Below are positions 1 to 13,463 of a DNA stretch of 64,000 nucleotides, one piece after another. How positions within the stretch are numbered: the stretch's first letter is position 1; each line of letters opens with the position of its first letter. Source of the stretch: Phyllosticta citribraziliensis (Eukaryota); NCBI RefSeq assembly GCF_038025025.1, contig NW_027117346.1, positions 806,001 to 870,000 of the forward strand, read 5' to 3'. The position numbers and the translations under genes are program-made. The notes under the pieces were generated by a model. The model worked only from the letters and a program-made list of their open reading frames with translations, did not search any database and was not told where the DNA came from.

Positions 1-142
1 CGTCTGACTGCTTTCGCCACTTCTTGATGATGAATGGCACCCAGTCACCAAAAGTGTCTTGAGGCGCCGCAACAGAGACGACGCGGTGTTCTTGGCTTGG
101 GCGAGAGCATCTCCTTCCATTGTTATTGCAGCTCCATGTGCT

Positions 143-284
143 GCGATACTCGTAGGGAGCGTTCATTCGCTACTACGCGTGCGCTTGAGGAGCATTCGTG
201 TACCACTATAGTTGCGCTTAGGAAGCAGTCGGTCATTGCCGCAGCCAGACCGTGGGAGTTTCATTTCTTTCGACACCCGCTGTG
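143..284. mobile_element. Partial copy (right TIR plus internal repeats) of the CACAG-terminated MITE found complete at 52995-53173
   Basis: 153-284 aligns by eye to 53044-53173 at about 109/130 identities plus one 2-nt gap. It ends in ...TTTCTTTCGACACCCGCTGTG, whose reverse complement CACAGCGGGTGTCGAAAGAAAT matches the left TIR of the other copy. No left TIR is visible upstream. Confidence 0.8.
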
Positions 285-1466
285 GGAGTATTGGTCTGCC
301 GGTCCGACACCTTGTGCCAGTGCATGGGCGTCGTTAAGGTCCTTCCAAAGAGGCTGTTCTATCCCAGGAGGAACGGCCAGTCTCGCTTCCGCGCGTACCG
401 TCGGGGTGCGCTACCTCCCATTGGACTTCGTCTTCGAGATGCAATGTGTTGAAAAGGTCCGTCTGCTGTGGAGAAACCAGGCGTGGGAAACATATCCACG
501 GGCTTGTATGGATACCGACCACCAGAGGCTTCAGCTCGTTTGTAGAGGTGTGAACAGGGAGGCTTCGTATCCATCGGCACGGTACATACGAGGAGGCTCC
601 GAGATTCTCGTCGAGTGATTCGGCTGTCGATACACCCCCGGGTGCGAGAGGTGCGAGGAGTCGTCATGAGGTTTCCCATTGTGATCCGATTGCACATGAC
701 CTGACCGGTCACGCCTCCAACGTGTAAGGTAGAGGAAGGTGCTTTGGCGGCTCTTGACAGGCGACCTTGCGAGAGTTTGGCATTGCTGAGTGGCAAGCGC
801 ATGGTGGTCGTGCTGTCTGTCTCGATGTTGCTGCAGTTTGTGAGGCGTTGTTGATGGCATATTCGGCCAGGTGGAAGGTGGCGAGGATAGAGTTGTTGGA
901 CAGCTTCACGAGAAGACGATGGAAGGGGCAAGCCATGTGGTTGGCATGAGAGAGGCGCATGGAGGGCTCCAGAGAGGTGCGGCGAAGATGGTCGTTGGTA
1001 GAGGGCCGTCGCGAGTTCCCAATACGGCTTCAAGCAAAGTCATGGCCAGAGGCGTTCCAGGTGAGCTCAACACGAGGCGGGAGGTCGATGGTCGGAAAGA
1101 GACATGTTGACAACGAAGGCCCCAGATGATGACGGCGGGAGTCTCTCATGCTGGCATTAGATGCATTGCTCGAGTCGATGGTTGCGGAGGCAGAGGCGGT
1201 GGTGATGGAAAGGCGTGGGTGGCATCAGTCGGGGGAAGGCGCGTTGATTGCGGTGCGGTTTGCAGTTGCGCCCACGAAGACAACATCGTCCAGCGGTTTC
1301 CGTAAATAGCACGCGTCCAGAAAGTGAGCAGCAATGGAGACTGCAACAACTTCAACTTCTCTGCCGTGGCATGTCGTCGCTTTAAGCCGACTCTCAACCT
1401 TGTTCTTCACTACTCGGCTACCCACTGAATCCCTGCCGCAGATCGCGCCCTGGCCAAATTTTTCTG

Positions 1467-2944
1467 ATGGCCCGCCTCTCGTCTCGCGCTTCGGCCAACC
1501 GCCGCCGTCGCCTTCGACAAACTCGTTCCACCAGCGACGATGTCATGACCGTACACCACTTCTCCACCGGCGAAGACGAGGATGCCGTGCTGGAGAAATT
1601 CGCCGTCCAGCCCATCGCCGGCAAGCTTGTTGCGCTCAAAACCAAGAGCGAGATTCGCGCAAGCAACGAGACGCGTACGTTACACGGGCGTTTGACCCAA
1701 CATCCTTGACCACGCCGTAGTTTTAATCCCAGCCACAGTCGAAGTCTATGTCGTGGAACTTCCAGCTAGGGCTGCCAGTGCCGTTGTCCGGTAAGACATA
1801 TCTACCATCTCAACCATGTCCCAATCTAACAGCAATCAGAGTCCTTCGCGCAGCGCTCCCACATGAGCCCATCGCCGCCCTTCAGCACCTCCGGCGTGTC
1901 ATAGAACCTTCCTTCCTTCCTGCGCCTGCTCTCGAAGTCATTGAGCCTACCCGAGTCTCTACAAAGGAAGGCCAGGACGACACTCGCATCCTGCTTGTCG
2001 GTCCTACAAGCCTTATCCCACAGCCGGAGCTTGAGGACCTACTCAACGCCAACTCACCGTTTTCCGCTACGTCGGCGAGGCCATTTCCACTGGTTGTCCA
2101 CAAGCTGCCAGTCCCCACGTTCCCTCCGATCTCCACCGAGCAAGCCGAGGCGTGGACTGCACAGTATTGGCCCGTCGGCTATAGGAACGCCAACCCGTTC
2201 GGCCCTCATCCACCCAGCGTTGCATATGCAGCGGCAGAGATAGAACCCAAGGTTGGACAATGGCTCGCGGTCGCAGAAGAGGCTGCGAAGCAGTCTTCCG
2301 ACAAGGGACTGGGAGAAAGGGTCGGCTGCATCATCGTTGAAAGGCGTCTCGATGGCAACGGCAGAGCCACCGAAGCTCCTAAACTCGTGGCCGTAGCTGG
2401 AGATGGCCGCAAGTGTGGCCTCGATACTGACGTCTCCGAAGCGGATACGGAGTGCGCTGGTCAAGGCAATGTCATGGCACATGCTGTCATGCGCGCTATC
2501 GGCATGGTGGGCGACAAGAGGCTGCGTATCGCCAAGTCGCAACCTCCTTCCACGAAGACGACCACGCTCCCTCGCCCTGAAGAAACGACGCCCGTCTTTC
2601 CCACGTTTGCGGTTGAGCCTCGCACCGAAATCGAATCGCACGTCTTCGCCAGGGACAACATGACGCCCGGCGGATATCTCTGCGTCGATCTCGAAATCTA
2701 CCTCACCCACGAACCTTGCGTCATGTGCTCCATGGCCATTCTCCACTCTCGGTTCAATCGATGTGTGTTCAGAAGGCGCATGTGCAAATCAGGCGGCATG
2801 ACTGCTGACGACAAGGGTCTGGGCCATGGACTCTTCTGGAGGCCTGCTGAGCTGAACTGGAAGTTCTTGTGCTGGAACTGGAAAGATGATGAAGAGGAGA
2901 CCACTGGAAAGGAAGTCGGCGTGGCTGAGACCATCAACGCCTAG
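1467..2944 (+). CDS. TAD3: tRNA adenosine-34 deaminase non-catalytic subunit Tad3 (2 introns; start at ATG 1467 or 1545)
   Basis: Deaminase motifs HAVMRAI (HAV in place of catalytic HAE) and THEPCVMCSMAILHSR, plus GGYLC and LNWKF. Introns about 1675-1720 or 1738 (two in-frame acceptors) and 1791-1839. Confidence 0.9.
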
Positions 2945-3198
2945 GTGGTGGATGAAAAGCCCTCCCTGGGCAACTGGAATACGCATGGAGTTTATCGGAA
3001 GGCATTGCAACGGATGACTGTAGAATTAGAGCATACACCACTACAGAGTGCATAGAATGGAGTCAACATGATTTTGATATGGGTTCCTTGCTGCCGTGCA
3101 GTCGTCATTCCATTTTGCGTATTGCAGTGGGCAGGTGGGTGTAGAGTAAGTACCCCTGAAAAGAAACGCTCAATTCATCTAATCGCTGACACTGATAT

Positions 3199-5186
3199 CT
3201 ACGAGCTACAGCTGCACTGCAAGGCCCGGCTGTACTTGGGCACATCTCCACAGAACCTCTGCTCCTCCTCTTCATCCAAACCCCACGTCTCATTGAAGGG
3301 GTTGAGCGACATGTTCATGACAGTCTTGAGGACGTCGCGCTCATTCTTCTTCTCGACGCGCTCAATCAGCTCGTCCAAAATCCAGCCCTTTGGCACGAAC
3401 TGCAGCACATTGTCAGATCTCACCGCAAAACTCATTTGGGAAAGGAGAGGTGGCTTACCTTTGGATTCACGCTCTTCATGGCCGCAATTCTGGCCTCGTC
3501 CTGCCCCTCGCCCCAGTCCTCCAGCACCCTGGCCCTCCACTTCTCCAGCCACGCAGAAATGCGGTCTTTCGCTGTGTCTTCGCCGCCCGCCACGCCGTCG
3601 GCGTGGAAGAAGCGGGCAGCGACGTCTTTGCGCTGCTCTGAAGACTCGATTTGGCCGAGCGGCACGTCGCTCAGCTTGCGGAAGCACTGGTTGAAGTCGA
3701 GCTCATGCGCCTCCATGAGGTCCAGCCACTCGGAGAAGAGGTCGTCAAAGTCGCTCTGCTTGTGGGTTTGCAGGCCCAGGCGGGCCGTCATCAGGCGCTT
3801 GTACTCGGCCAGGAAGACGGCCTTGTATTCCTCACCTGTCTGCTCGATGAGGTGCTCGGCGCGCTGGACCAGCTCGTCGGCGCGCGCCTGCCGGACGCCT
3901 TCTTTGGCGAACTCCTCGTCGTCGCACCACTCGCCGGCGCCCATTTGCTCGCCCAGCGCTTCGCCCAGCCGCACCAGGTTCCACCAGATGATGGTCGGCT
4001 GGTTGCGGTAGCTGTAGCGCAGCAGGAAGTCGTCGTGGTTGGGCGTGTACGCCGGGTCGAAATTGTCCATGAAGGCGAATGGCCCGTAGTCCATCGACAG
4101 CCCGAGAATCGACGTGTTGTCCGTGTTCAGCACGCCGTTCATGAAGCCATACGCTTGCCAGGCGGCAACGGTCAGCGCATTGCGCCGTGCGATCTCGCGA
4201 TAGAGCCGCGTGAAGCGGTTTTGAGCTTCCTTGCCTTCGCCCTCCGTCTTCTCCTTTGGCACGCCCCGAGGCACTTCGGTCGAGTCTGGCGACGGAAGCC
4301 TGCCTGGCAGCGACTCCCACCCTTTGTATACATTTTCTCCGACATACTCGGCCAGCTCCCGGAGCAATTGTCTGTCGTTGCGGGCGCGCAAGAGGTCAAA
4401 CGTTCCGAGACGGATCCAACTTTGGGCGAAGCGCGCAACGATTGCTCCAGGCTCAAGCCTTTCTCTTTGCACGCGGGAATTGGGGCAAAGGACCAGGCTC
4501 AGCGCGCGGGTCGTCGGGATCTTGATAGCATTCAGGTACTCTGAGACGACAAACTCACGGATGCTCGAGCGCAGCACAGCTTTGCCATCCGCAAATCGCG
4601 AGTAGGGCGTCTTCCCTGCACCCTTGAGCTGCAGCTCATAGCGAACGCCAGTGCTCGGATTCGTCGTCTCAAACAGAGAGATGGCGCGTCCATCGCCGAG
4701 CTGTCCAGCCCACTGTCCAAATTGGTAGCCACCGTAGCATTGGGCCCACGGATACACACCTTCTCCCGTCTCTTCATCCCAGGATATTATCTCATTCCCC
4801 GCCAAGATGTGCGCGAATTCTTCGCTGCGCTCCTCGTCCGGCTTGATCGCAAGGTCTTTCATTGCTGCTCCGCTGACTCCCAGCAGCTCGGGCGACAGTG
4901 CGGGTTCCGGGCGCACGTATGTGTACAAGGCGCCCTTGACCATGCGCGGGCCGAGGGTCTCTCGAGGCGCATTGTGTGAGTCCCGCGGCGTGGGAAAGGC
5001 TGGATCCGCAGGAAGCTTGGAAGTAAAAACGTTGGACTTGGGGAGTTCGCGAAGGCTGAAGCCGGGCGAGGCGCCGCCCTGTCCCCCGCCGTTGGCACTT
5101 CCGCTCGTGCTAAGGTGGCTCGCCATTTGCGCAAGTCGCGTGCGGGGAATCTGGGAGTGGCGGAGTTGCCGCGAGAGCGATAGCAT
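3199..5186 (-). CDS. FMP40: Protein adenylyltransferase SelO/YdiU family (FMP40-like), mitochondrial presequence, Cys-type C-terminus
   Basis: Motifs GQWAGQLGDGRA, ELQLKGAGKTPYSRFADGKAVLRSSIRE, GFMNGVLNTDN and DYGPFAF; C-terminus LQCSCSS*. One intron at 3400-3458. Arg/Ser-rich leader MLSLSRQLRHSQIPRTRL precedes a second Met at 5126. Confidence 0.93.
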
Positions 5187-5629
5187 ATACGGCGGCGAGT
5201 TTTCAGTCGATGGCGAATTTGTTTCTGGGGATTTTCCTTTGCTGGGGCTGGTCAAGGAGGTTGATGAGCTAAGTTGACCGATGTTTTCTGTCGGATGGTG
5301 AGGAGGGGAAAAAAGTACAGGAAGGTCATGCTGTGGTTGTCTTCTCCATGTCCGGAGATGGAGATGTTGCTCCGGCTGCGTCATCGAAATGGGCGAGGCA
5401 AAGTTCGTATCGATAAGCACGCACGGGCCATCCGCAGTGGTGTTCGGGTGCCGTGGTTCATCGGATGGATGTTTTTATCTTTCTCTTTTTCACCATCTCC
5501 AAAGCTCTAGACCACTTGAGCTGTGGTTGGATGATTGCATTAACGCGCTTTACCTTCATCTTGTGGTTGGGGGAGAAGCAGGACTTTCGCCGGTAGCGGC
5601 AAGGCAGCCGGCGCACGACGCCTATCATC

Positions 5630-7263
5630 ATGGAGCCTCCAAATATACCGGGCTTCTACTACGGTAAGACTCGGACCCTCCCCTGCCGTCTTCATAGTGG
5701 ATAACAGCTGTCTAGATCCTGAGAAGAAGAAGTACTTCAAAATTCAAAAGAATCATCACGCGCTGCCGGGGTCGAAATATTCTCAAGATGCTGTCAACAA
5801 GCAAGAAACGCTATCCAAGGTGCGCTAAAGGCAGTTCATTTTGAACGATACATTAACAGCTCGTAGAAACGTAAACGAGAGGGGCTTGAAAAGGCTCAAC
5901 GAGAAGCTCAGACCTTGAAGCGTTCCCCCATGCTCATCAATTCCGCCTCATGGACCATGACAAGAGAAGTTCAAGGACTGCGATCGGACTCAAATACGCG
6001 AGCCAAAGCACTGGCAAGCGTGTTTGAGGCAAATTTCTTCCTTGAGCTCCACGACTACTGGTATCGACTAATCCGTCCAAGCAACGTCATTCGAAGCTTC
6101 GATTATGACCCTTTTGGTCTGACATTGATCACCGGAATTTCAGGCTCCGACAAATGTTTGGCCAGCACCTTCGTCGACCCCCATCTGGCCCTTCGTGATG
6201 GCTTAAGAATTCACCGCAACATAAATGGCCCCAAGAGCGCCCCCTCATGGCACAAGCGAACTTTTATACCCTCTCATTCCGACGTTACCTCGGTCACCGT
6301 CGGGCAAAATCGGACCCTCCTCTATACCACCTTGGGAGGTTCAAGTTCTGCTGAAGTCCACCTGTCCTCGTTGAACGCGCACTTGCCTTCAAGAGATGAT
6401 GAGCAGGAGTATGTGGACTGGTATGTGTCCCTGGGCCCGCACGAACCCGACACAATATGGACAAGTACAGCCAACAAGTTCGTCAAAGACAAGGACGTCT
6501 TCACCGTTGGTACTTCAAGCAAGGGTGAGTATTCGGAATGTGGTAGCAACGTCTGAGGAGTTTTTCAACTGACATTCTTTGTCACAGTCGTCAACGTTGA
6601 GAATGGTGAGAACGGTGTGCGGTACAGGGCCTTCTCCCCGTACCAGCGAGACCAACGTGACGATAAAGATGATGACGCCCTGGCTCTCGACTGGCTCTCG
6701 CCGAATGTCCTTGCCAGTGGCTTTCGTTCAGGGAATATCGTCCTTTACGACCTCAGGACCAGAGACTCTGCCTTACGTCTAAGTCATCCTTCGTCCGTCA
6801 TAGGAATTCGTCGTGGCGATTCCGAATCTCGTCTCGTCGTTGCAGGTCTGAGAAACAACATGAATCTCTACGATCTGCGCATGGCAGGACCATACAACAA
6901 GAAGAAGAGCTCCAGGTAAGAATTGGCCAGACGTCTCACATAAGCAGCTTCAGACTGACATGGACCAGGTCAGTTTTTCGATTCAAGTACTCAAACGAGT
7001 ATACAGTCTCATCCGGCCTCGACGTCCACCCCGAATCTGGAGTTGTTGCCGCTGCGCAGGGACGACGAGTGCAACTGTACTCGATCAAGAATGGCGCCCA
7101 AATTCGCCACTTCGATGCTCGTCCAACGCAATGGCATGGCTTCGAATATCCTGTTCAACCAAACGTGACATGCCTCCGGTTTGTGGAAGATGTCACGGGA
7201 CCTGAAGCAGGAAGGACGAAGTTGCTGGGGAGCATAGGCACAAGAGTACTACAGTTTCGGTAA
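5630..7263 (+). CDS. DCAF4/WDR21-like WD40 protein, putative DDB1-CUL4 substrate receptor (4 introns)
   Basis: Spliced N-terminus MEPPNIPGFYYDPEKKKYFKIQ resembles the DCAF4 family N-terminal motif. WDxR-like motifs VLYDLRT and NLYDLRM. Introns near 5664-5716, 5820-5867, 6524-6587 and 6916-6968. Confidence 0.7.
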
Positions 7264-7927
7264 ATCAACTGGGCCACATGGGGGCACGGTGTTTCTGAAA
7301 GATGTGAGAGTCTGGGTCAGAGGAGTTGCAGTGGTGAATGACTGCTCTCCAATCCGTAAGCGCAACCATACGGGCAAACAGCTCTCTGGGTGAAGCTAGC
7401 AGTTGTTGAACGCTCTCAGTATGCAGCCGCGTTGCCAGGAGGTCTCACTTCTTTCAACACCGACTGTGGGGCAGGCATGCAGCTGCAGAAAGATAGATGC
7501 GGACCAGGAGTAAGTTGTCCGCCGGCTTTTTGGTGTTGTGTAGCGGCATGCGGCAGGCTACGAGATGACGCATTCGACAGCGGAATTCGACCTTCCGATA
7601 CAGTAGATCGTAGAGCAACCAAAAGACCACAAGGAAGACAAACTAAGTCAAACGATTCATGGTGATGTTTGCTATGTGGTCCAGGGTAATGTGTGACAGC
7701 AGCGAGACAGTTCGGTTGATGGGCGCAGTCGGGACAAGCCTGCCTGGAGGGTCTGCAAGGGTCGGTGAATCCTCGGCTCAGGTGTGCTGCGGCGAATCTT
7801 CCGTCCCGTCGTATGTTAGACATCATCATCATAGCTCCTCCTTCACTTCACCCGTTCCTTGCTCTTGGTCAGCAACGAACATTGTCTTTCGCTCTCGCGC
7901 TGCCGCATTGGCGTGAGGCCTGCCACC

Positions 7928-10900
7928 ATGTCGGACTTGCAGGAGCTCTTTGCCAGGCTGCAAAGCCCGTCAAACTCTGCACACTCGCCTGGCGCTACCA
8001 CATCTGCCGCCAACCAAAGCAGCACCCTCAATCGTCAGCCAACCATCTCCTCTCCCATCTACAGTCCTCAACCTGGAGGGCCTCAACCTCACCACTCGTC
8101 TGCCATCATGAGTCCCAACACCTCGGCCTTGAACACGCCGGCAGCTGAGGCGGGCAACGCTGATCGCACCGTCAACCTCCTCAACCTGCTCAAGTTCAAC
8201 CAGGCGAACGCGCCGTCGCCTACGGGCCAGGACAATGCCAACGATCGGCGTCCTTCGTCCAACACTTTACCGCAAGCTCAGGCGGGTACACAGGAGCGAG
8301 GAATCTCGGCGTCGGACCTGGTGGCTTCGTTCATGCGCAAGCCCTCTGGCACCGCGTCGACGCAGTCGCCACCCATTGCTTCGCCAGCTCCTTCAAAGCC
8401 CATCGAAGCTCAGTCAGAAAACCCCCAGGAGCTCCTTCTGAGGCTTCTCAATCAGCCGAAACCGGCCCAAGATGCCTCCAACCAGTCTCTGCCGTCCATT
8501 GGAAAAGATGTACCAGAGACCAAGGTCGATGCCCTCGCCCAGAACCTTGCCAACACCACACTCGAGTCTGAAAAGACTGGCACTCAAGGTTCATCCTCGC
8601 CGACTGGCGAAAAACCACAATCGACCGCCTTTGTGCCCAAGAACACGCTCTTCACCTACGTCAACCCTTTCGAGCAGCTCTCGGCCTCGTCGCCTCGCAA
8701 CCGCACCCCTGCGCCCAGGCCCGAGATTCGCTCCGGCACAAGCACTCCGAAGGTCGAGATCTTGAAGCACGGTCGTGACACACCGTCTGTTACGGGCAAT
8801 TCTGCTCCTGCTTCCAAGTCGAGGAAGCTCTCTGCTACCGGCTCACCTAGCCCGGTCAACGAGCCACATGCACCTGAGACTGTTGCTGAGGCTGTGGCCG
8901 AAGTTGGCGAAAAGGTTGACAAGCAGGTGATCGAGGCCATGGCAATCATTGACAAAGAAGCTGGCCGTGAAAACGCGGCGGCCACGCCTCTGGAGAAGGA
9001 AGAGCTGGAAAGAGCTGTTCGCGACGTCGCTGCTGATGCGCAGGCGCAGCTTCAGGATAAAGAGACGCGTCGCGAGTTTGAAGAGAGCGTGCCCAAGGAG
9101 GTAGCCAAGGCCGTCGAAGAGGTCGTTGAAGACGTGACTCAGGAGAAGGTCGCCGACAGTTGGGAGAGCGCCGAGGACAGCCCTGGCAAAGATGAGGGCG
9201 TTCCCGTGTACAACTTTCCTATGAGGCCATTTGTCTCGATTGAGATTCGAAAGTTGCGCGACCCGCCGGTTCCCATCCGTCAGGCAACCATCATGGACAT
9301 TGCTCGTCTCAAGAAAGAGTTTGACCAGATCGACCGCAACCTGGTGTCCGTATCCAAATTCTTCATTGCTTACGCCATGTCCAAGAACGGTGGCTTCCGC
9401 CTGATTCGCCAGGATAATGGCAAGTACAAGCAAGTCTTCAACAACACCAAGGAGCGCATCTTCAACCTGCAGATTTGCACGGGTCCGCCAACCAAGCCAG
9501 CCCAGGCGTCCGAAAGCATCCTCGCCACTGGTGTTGACGGAACTGTTTTCTGGGCCAAGGTTGACTGCCAGTCAGGCTCGGACACTTTCAACGATGAAGC
9601 CCTGGAAACAAAGGGCTTCATCTTCCCGCCAGTCCCGGCACAAGACGACAACACTTCGGGCGGTCAGCTTAAGACGCGCGCAAAGAAGAGTTCGCGTCAC
9701 CCGGAATTCATGGGAATTGGCCGCGGCAAGTCAATCTTCGTTGTCTTTCCCAACGTCGCAAAGCATCCTGCGTACACGGATCAAAGGACTCGCATCTGCA
9801 ACAGCGAGAAGTACCTCGAAGACCGCTCCTTCAGGATCGTTACTGGCAAGGCTGGCAAGGACTTTGCATTCAGCGAGGACGACACTGTCATTGCCTCGCT
9901 CGACAAGGCCGGTCGACTCAGGTTCTGGGACATTCGCGAGCTTATCCAGGATGCCAACGATGGCGATGAGCCTGGTCGCTTGCCATCGAGGGAAATCCGC
10001 AACCCAATGATGCAGCTTTCAACCGTCGCGCCAGGCGACAAGTCTTGGCCAACATCGGTCTACTTCCTTGACAAGGAGCGTCCATGTGTTAAGGGCACTG
10101 CGCTCAGGTATCTCATTGTGGGTTTGAAACAGAACCATACCATTCAGCTTTGGGATATCGGGCTGGGCAAGCCCGTCCAGGAGATCAACTTTCCTCATGA
10201 GAATGAGTCGGACGCCATTTGCAGCATTGCATACCACCCAAAGACAGGCATTTTGGCCGTTGGTCACCCTACGAGGAACTCGATCTACTTCATTCACCTG
10301 TCCGCCCCAAGATATAACCTCCCTCCCATGTCTCAGGCCAAGTACATTCAGCGCCTTGTTGAGAAGGACCCCGAGCTTCCAAAGCCCGAGTCGACTGCTA
10401 TTATGAGTGGCATTCGTGAATTCTCCTTCGCCTCCAAGGGTCAGCTCCGCAGTTTTGAGATGCTGCAGGAGCCCGCTGCGTCGCCTGACGCTCCCGATGA
10501 CGCTGCTCTTTTTGAGCTCTACGTCATGCACTCCAAGGGCGTCACTTGCGTCGGCATCAGGAAAGAGGATCTTGGCTGGAGCAAGGACAGCAAGGTCATG
10601 TACCCAGTCGATGCTACTACGAATGGAAGCATCAATCTCAGCGAAATTCGCGTGCTTGCTGCCAGCGAAGCGGCACCCAGCACCACCGAGTCTTCTGCCA
10701 ACGGAGAGTCTGTGCAGCAGAGCACTTCGAGTGCTCGTACAGTCCGGCCAGCACCAAAGGAGGTCATTAAGAGAGACCCTGTCAACAGGTCCCGGGCGAC
10801 TTCGCAGACCCCTGAAACGGCGTCCATGATCGCTACCACGCTTGAAAGGGTTGAGAATCAGCAAGATGCCGTCAGAGCCGCAATCATCAACGGCGACAAG

Positions 10901-12376
10901 GACAAGAAGAAGAAGAAGAAGTCCGTGCCTTCCACCGTCGAGTCTCCGACTCCGATCGCGAGCGCGCCCAAGCCTCCTGCGGCTCCGGCAGCCCTTGGGT
11001 CGTATGCCAATGTTGCTCAGCGTGCCAAGACGCCTCCACCCGCTGAGATGCAAAAGAGCGTCGATGAGATTCCTGCATGGGCTACCAAGTTGCTCAACCA
11101 GGCTCCATCTAGTGGTCCAGCAGTGACGGCAAGCAGCTCGGTCGATCCTGACTTGGCCAAGAAGGTTGAGGAGGGAGTTACTGCGGAACTTTCAAAGACT
11201 TTTGCCAAGGAATTGGAAACCCTCCATCGCCGCCTCGACAGCGACAAGCGTGTCCTGGAAGCTGCTAACTCAGCCAACTTGGACGCCCTCCTGCGTGTGG
11301 TCTCCAGCACCTTGACGGAGAACGTAGAACAGAGTCTGTCCCGCATTGTGTCGCAGAACATCCAGAATACTGTCGTCCCTGCGCTCAACGACTTTGTCGG
11401 TGCCACTGTTGAGCGCCGCCTCACTGAGATCCTCGCCCAAACGGTGTCCACCACCGTCCCTCGCGAATTCAAGCAGTCCTTCCCCACTGCCATTAACATG
11501 GCCATGAAGGATCCCGAGACTTTGCGTCTCATCTCGGACCTCATTTCTCACAAGGTTAACGGACAGATTGACCAGCACCTCTCCATGACTCTTCACAACC
11601 TGATGAATAACATCCCCACCAACACTGCTCAGCAGGTCAGTGGCGATATGGAGCGTCGTTTTGCTGAGCAGCTGCGTCAGGCTGAGTACCAGCGCCAGCA
11701 AGACGCTGCCAAGATTGAAAGCCTTACCCACATCGTCACTGAGCTGTCCGAGGCTGTTCAATCCATGTCATCTGCGCAAGCCAACTTCCAGTCGGAGATT
11801 CGAAACCAGAAGCAGGCTAGTAAGGGAGATGCTTACTCTCAGCCATCAGCGCCTGGATCAACCGTCGGCTCTCAGGTTTACGTGCAAGCCCAGAAGACTG
11901 AGGAGGAGCGTGAGCTGGAGGAAATCACGCAGCACATGAGCTCAGGTCAATACGAGGAGGGAACCATAATGGTAAGTGGTCTGTTTCGAAAATGATGTGC
12001 CAGTTCTAACGTATGTTTCCAGTGGCTCCACTCTCCGCGCCAAGCAAAGCTCTTTGACGAACTCTTCGTCCATTGCAACCCCGCGTACGTCATGAACCTG
12101 AGCCCGCTTGTCGCGCTCTCCGTCTCTGCCGCCGTCACCTCCTCTCTCGATAAGAACGTATTGGAGCGGCTCATGTGGCTCGAGACCGTTTACAACTGCA
12201 TCAACCCCAGTGATCCCGATATCATGGACGTGGCGCCCAAGATCATGGACGTCCTCTCCACCAGGCTGCAGGGCGCTTACATGCAGATCGCCGAGTCGGA
12301 TCCGCACAGCCAGGCTCTCCGCAGGATTGCCAACCTGAACAAGAGGACTCAGGAGTTGAAGGCAATGACCGGTTGA
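7928..12376 (+). CDS. EDC4/Pdc1-like mRNA decapping scaffold (disordered N-terminus, beta-propeller, helical C-terminus)
   Basis: Long ORF with a WD-type core (DIARLKKEFDQIDRNL, GGQLKTRAKKSSRHPE, LRFWDI, IQLWDI) and a coiled-coil C-terminus. Good Kozak context ACCATG at 7928. Intron 11972-12022 joins to the last exon ending 12376. Confidence 0.8.
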
Positions 12377-13463
12377 CTGCGCTGAGTCGCAAGCTGGCTG
12401 TCTTTCGGGCCCTCTACGGCTCACAGCAGTATACCCTTTTTCTGGCCTGCGATTTTCGGGGATCCCCTCTGAACGAACGATGAACCGAAAAGGCGCAACG
12501 GAGGATGAATACCACCGGGCTTGACTGCCCGTCGGTTGGAATGAATGAAACGGGTGGGAGATGTGGACAGGTGGTAGATCGAGAAGACGCTGGAATACGC
12601 TCTTCGGGAGAAAAGCCATCATCTTACATGATTCGCAGTCCTGTGTGTGTACACTCCGAATAACAAAAAATTTCTCCTTTTCGTCCTCTTAACCACACTC
12701 CCTGAGATGGCCCAATCTTTCATGTCAGGTTTCTCCAGCAAACCTATTGACCCCCCTTTGGCTGGGAAGCCTTTCTCCCATGATGTCCATGGTCTGAGGC
12801 GACAACTCCATTCGTTACTCTTGAAGGGCGAGGTGGCAAGGCGAGGTTTTCGAAATCAGGCGGATGGCGCGGGTTCTTGGTACACACGCCAATCCCGCTT
12901 CCGTCGTCAACGGCGTCGACAATCGGTGATGACGACGCGGTAATCCCTTAAAATGTAATGCTCGCTCTATTGCTTCCCTACGTGGCTTTGCGGCCTGCGT
13001 GAATGCTGTTTGCTCGTCAATCCTTCTCTCGATCTATTTGCTAGCGAGGAACCGAATTGCTGCTGGTTGTCGTCGGCATGTTGGTAGTCCGCATTGGCTT
13101 CGCCACATCCGGCGCATCCCTTCTTCTATGTATTGGCACGGACTCGAAACTTGGGGTTTTGCCATCACGTTCGGTGGATCCACGGATCCTACTTGACTTT
13201 GCCTGGTCTCACTAGATCAAGATAGGTACTATCACGGTTGCATGCATGGAGATTTCTCTTGTTGTTGCAGCCAGCTCTAGGGAGTCTCAGATATTTTGAT
13301 AGCCACTTTCCCAGTGAATTTTGTTCTCCGGTATGCTGGATGTTCTGGTGCAATTAGATGTGGACGTTCGGTGGGTGCTAAAAGTCCTGATCGTCTGCCA
13401 CAGTTTCCGATTTTGAGGTCAAAAACATTGCATTGATAAACTTACCTTGCCGTCTCTTCTCTC

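Noticed and set aside
34..1033. ORFs 34-618 (+) and 359-1033 (-) as genes
   Set aside because: No recognisable motifs or codon bias, and the first runs through the MITE fragment.
1..1400. Telomerase RNA divergent from TAD3 (I recall this synteny being reported in filamentous fungi)
   Set aside because: No TAACCCTAA/TTAGGG-type template was found on either strand in 1-1400. It cannot be excluded beyond the window edge or with an atypical repeat, but nothing here supports it.
3199..3225. Selenocysteine in SelO
   Set aside because: The C-terminus is CSCSS followed by TAG with no in-frame TGA, so it is a Cys-type homologue.
12374..12385. TGA-CTG read-through context at the EDC4-like stop
   Set aside because: The extension is only two codons (LR) before another TGA and creates no targeting signal.
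13438..13452. ACTTACCTTG as a U1 snRNA 5' end
   Set aside because: The downstream sequence is 5S rRNA, with no U1 stem-loops or Sm site.
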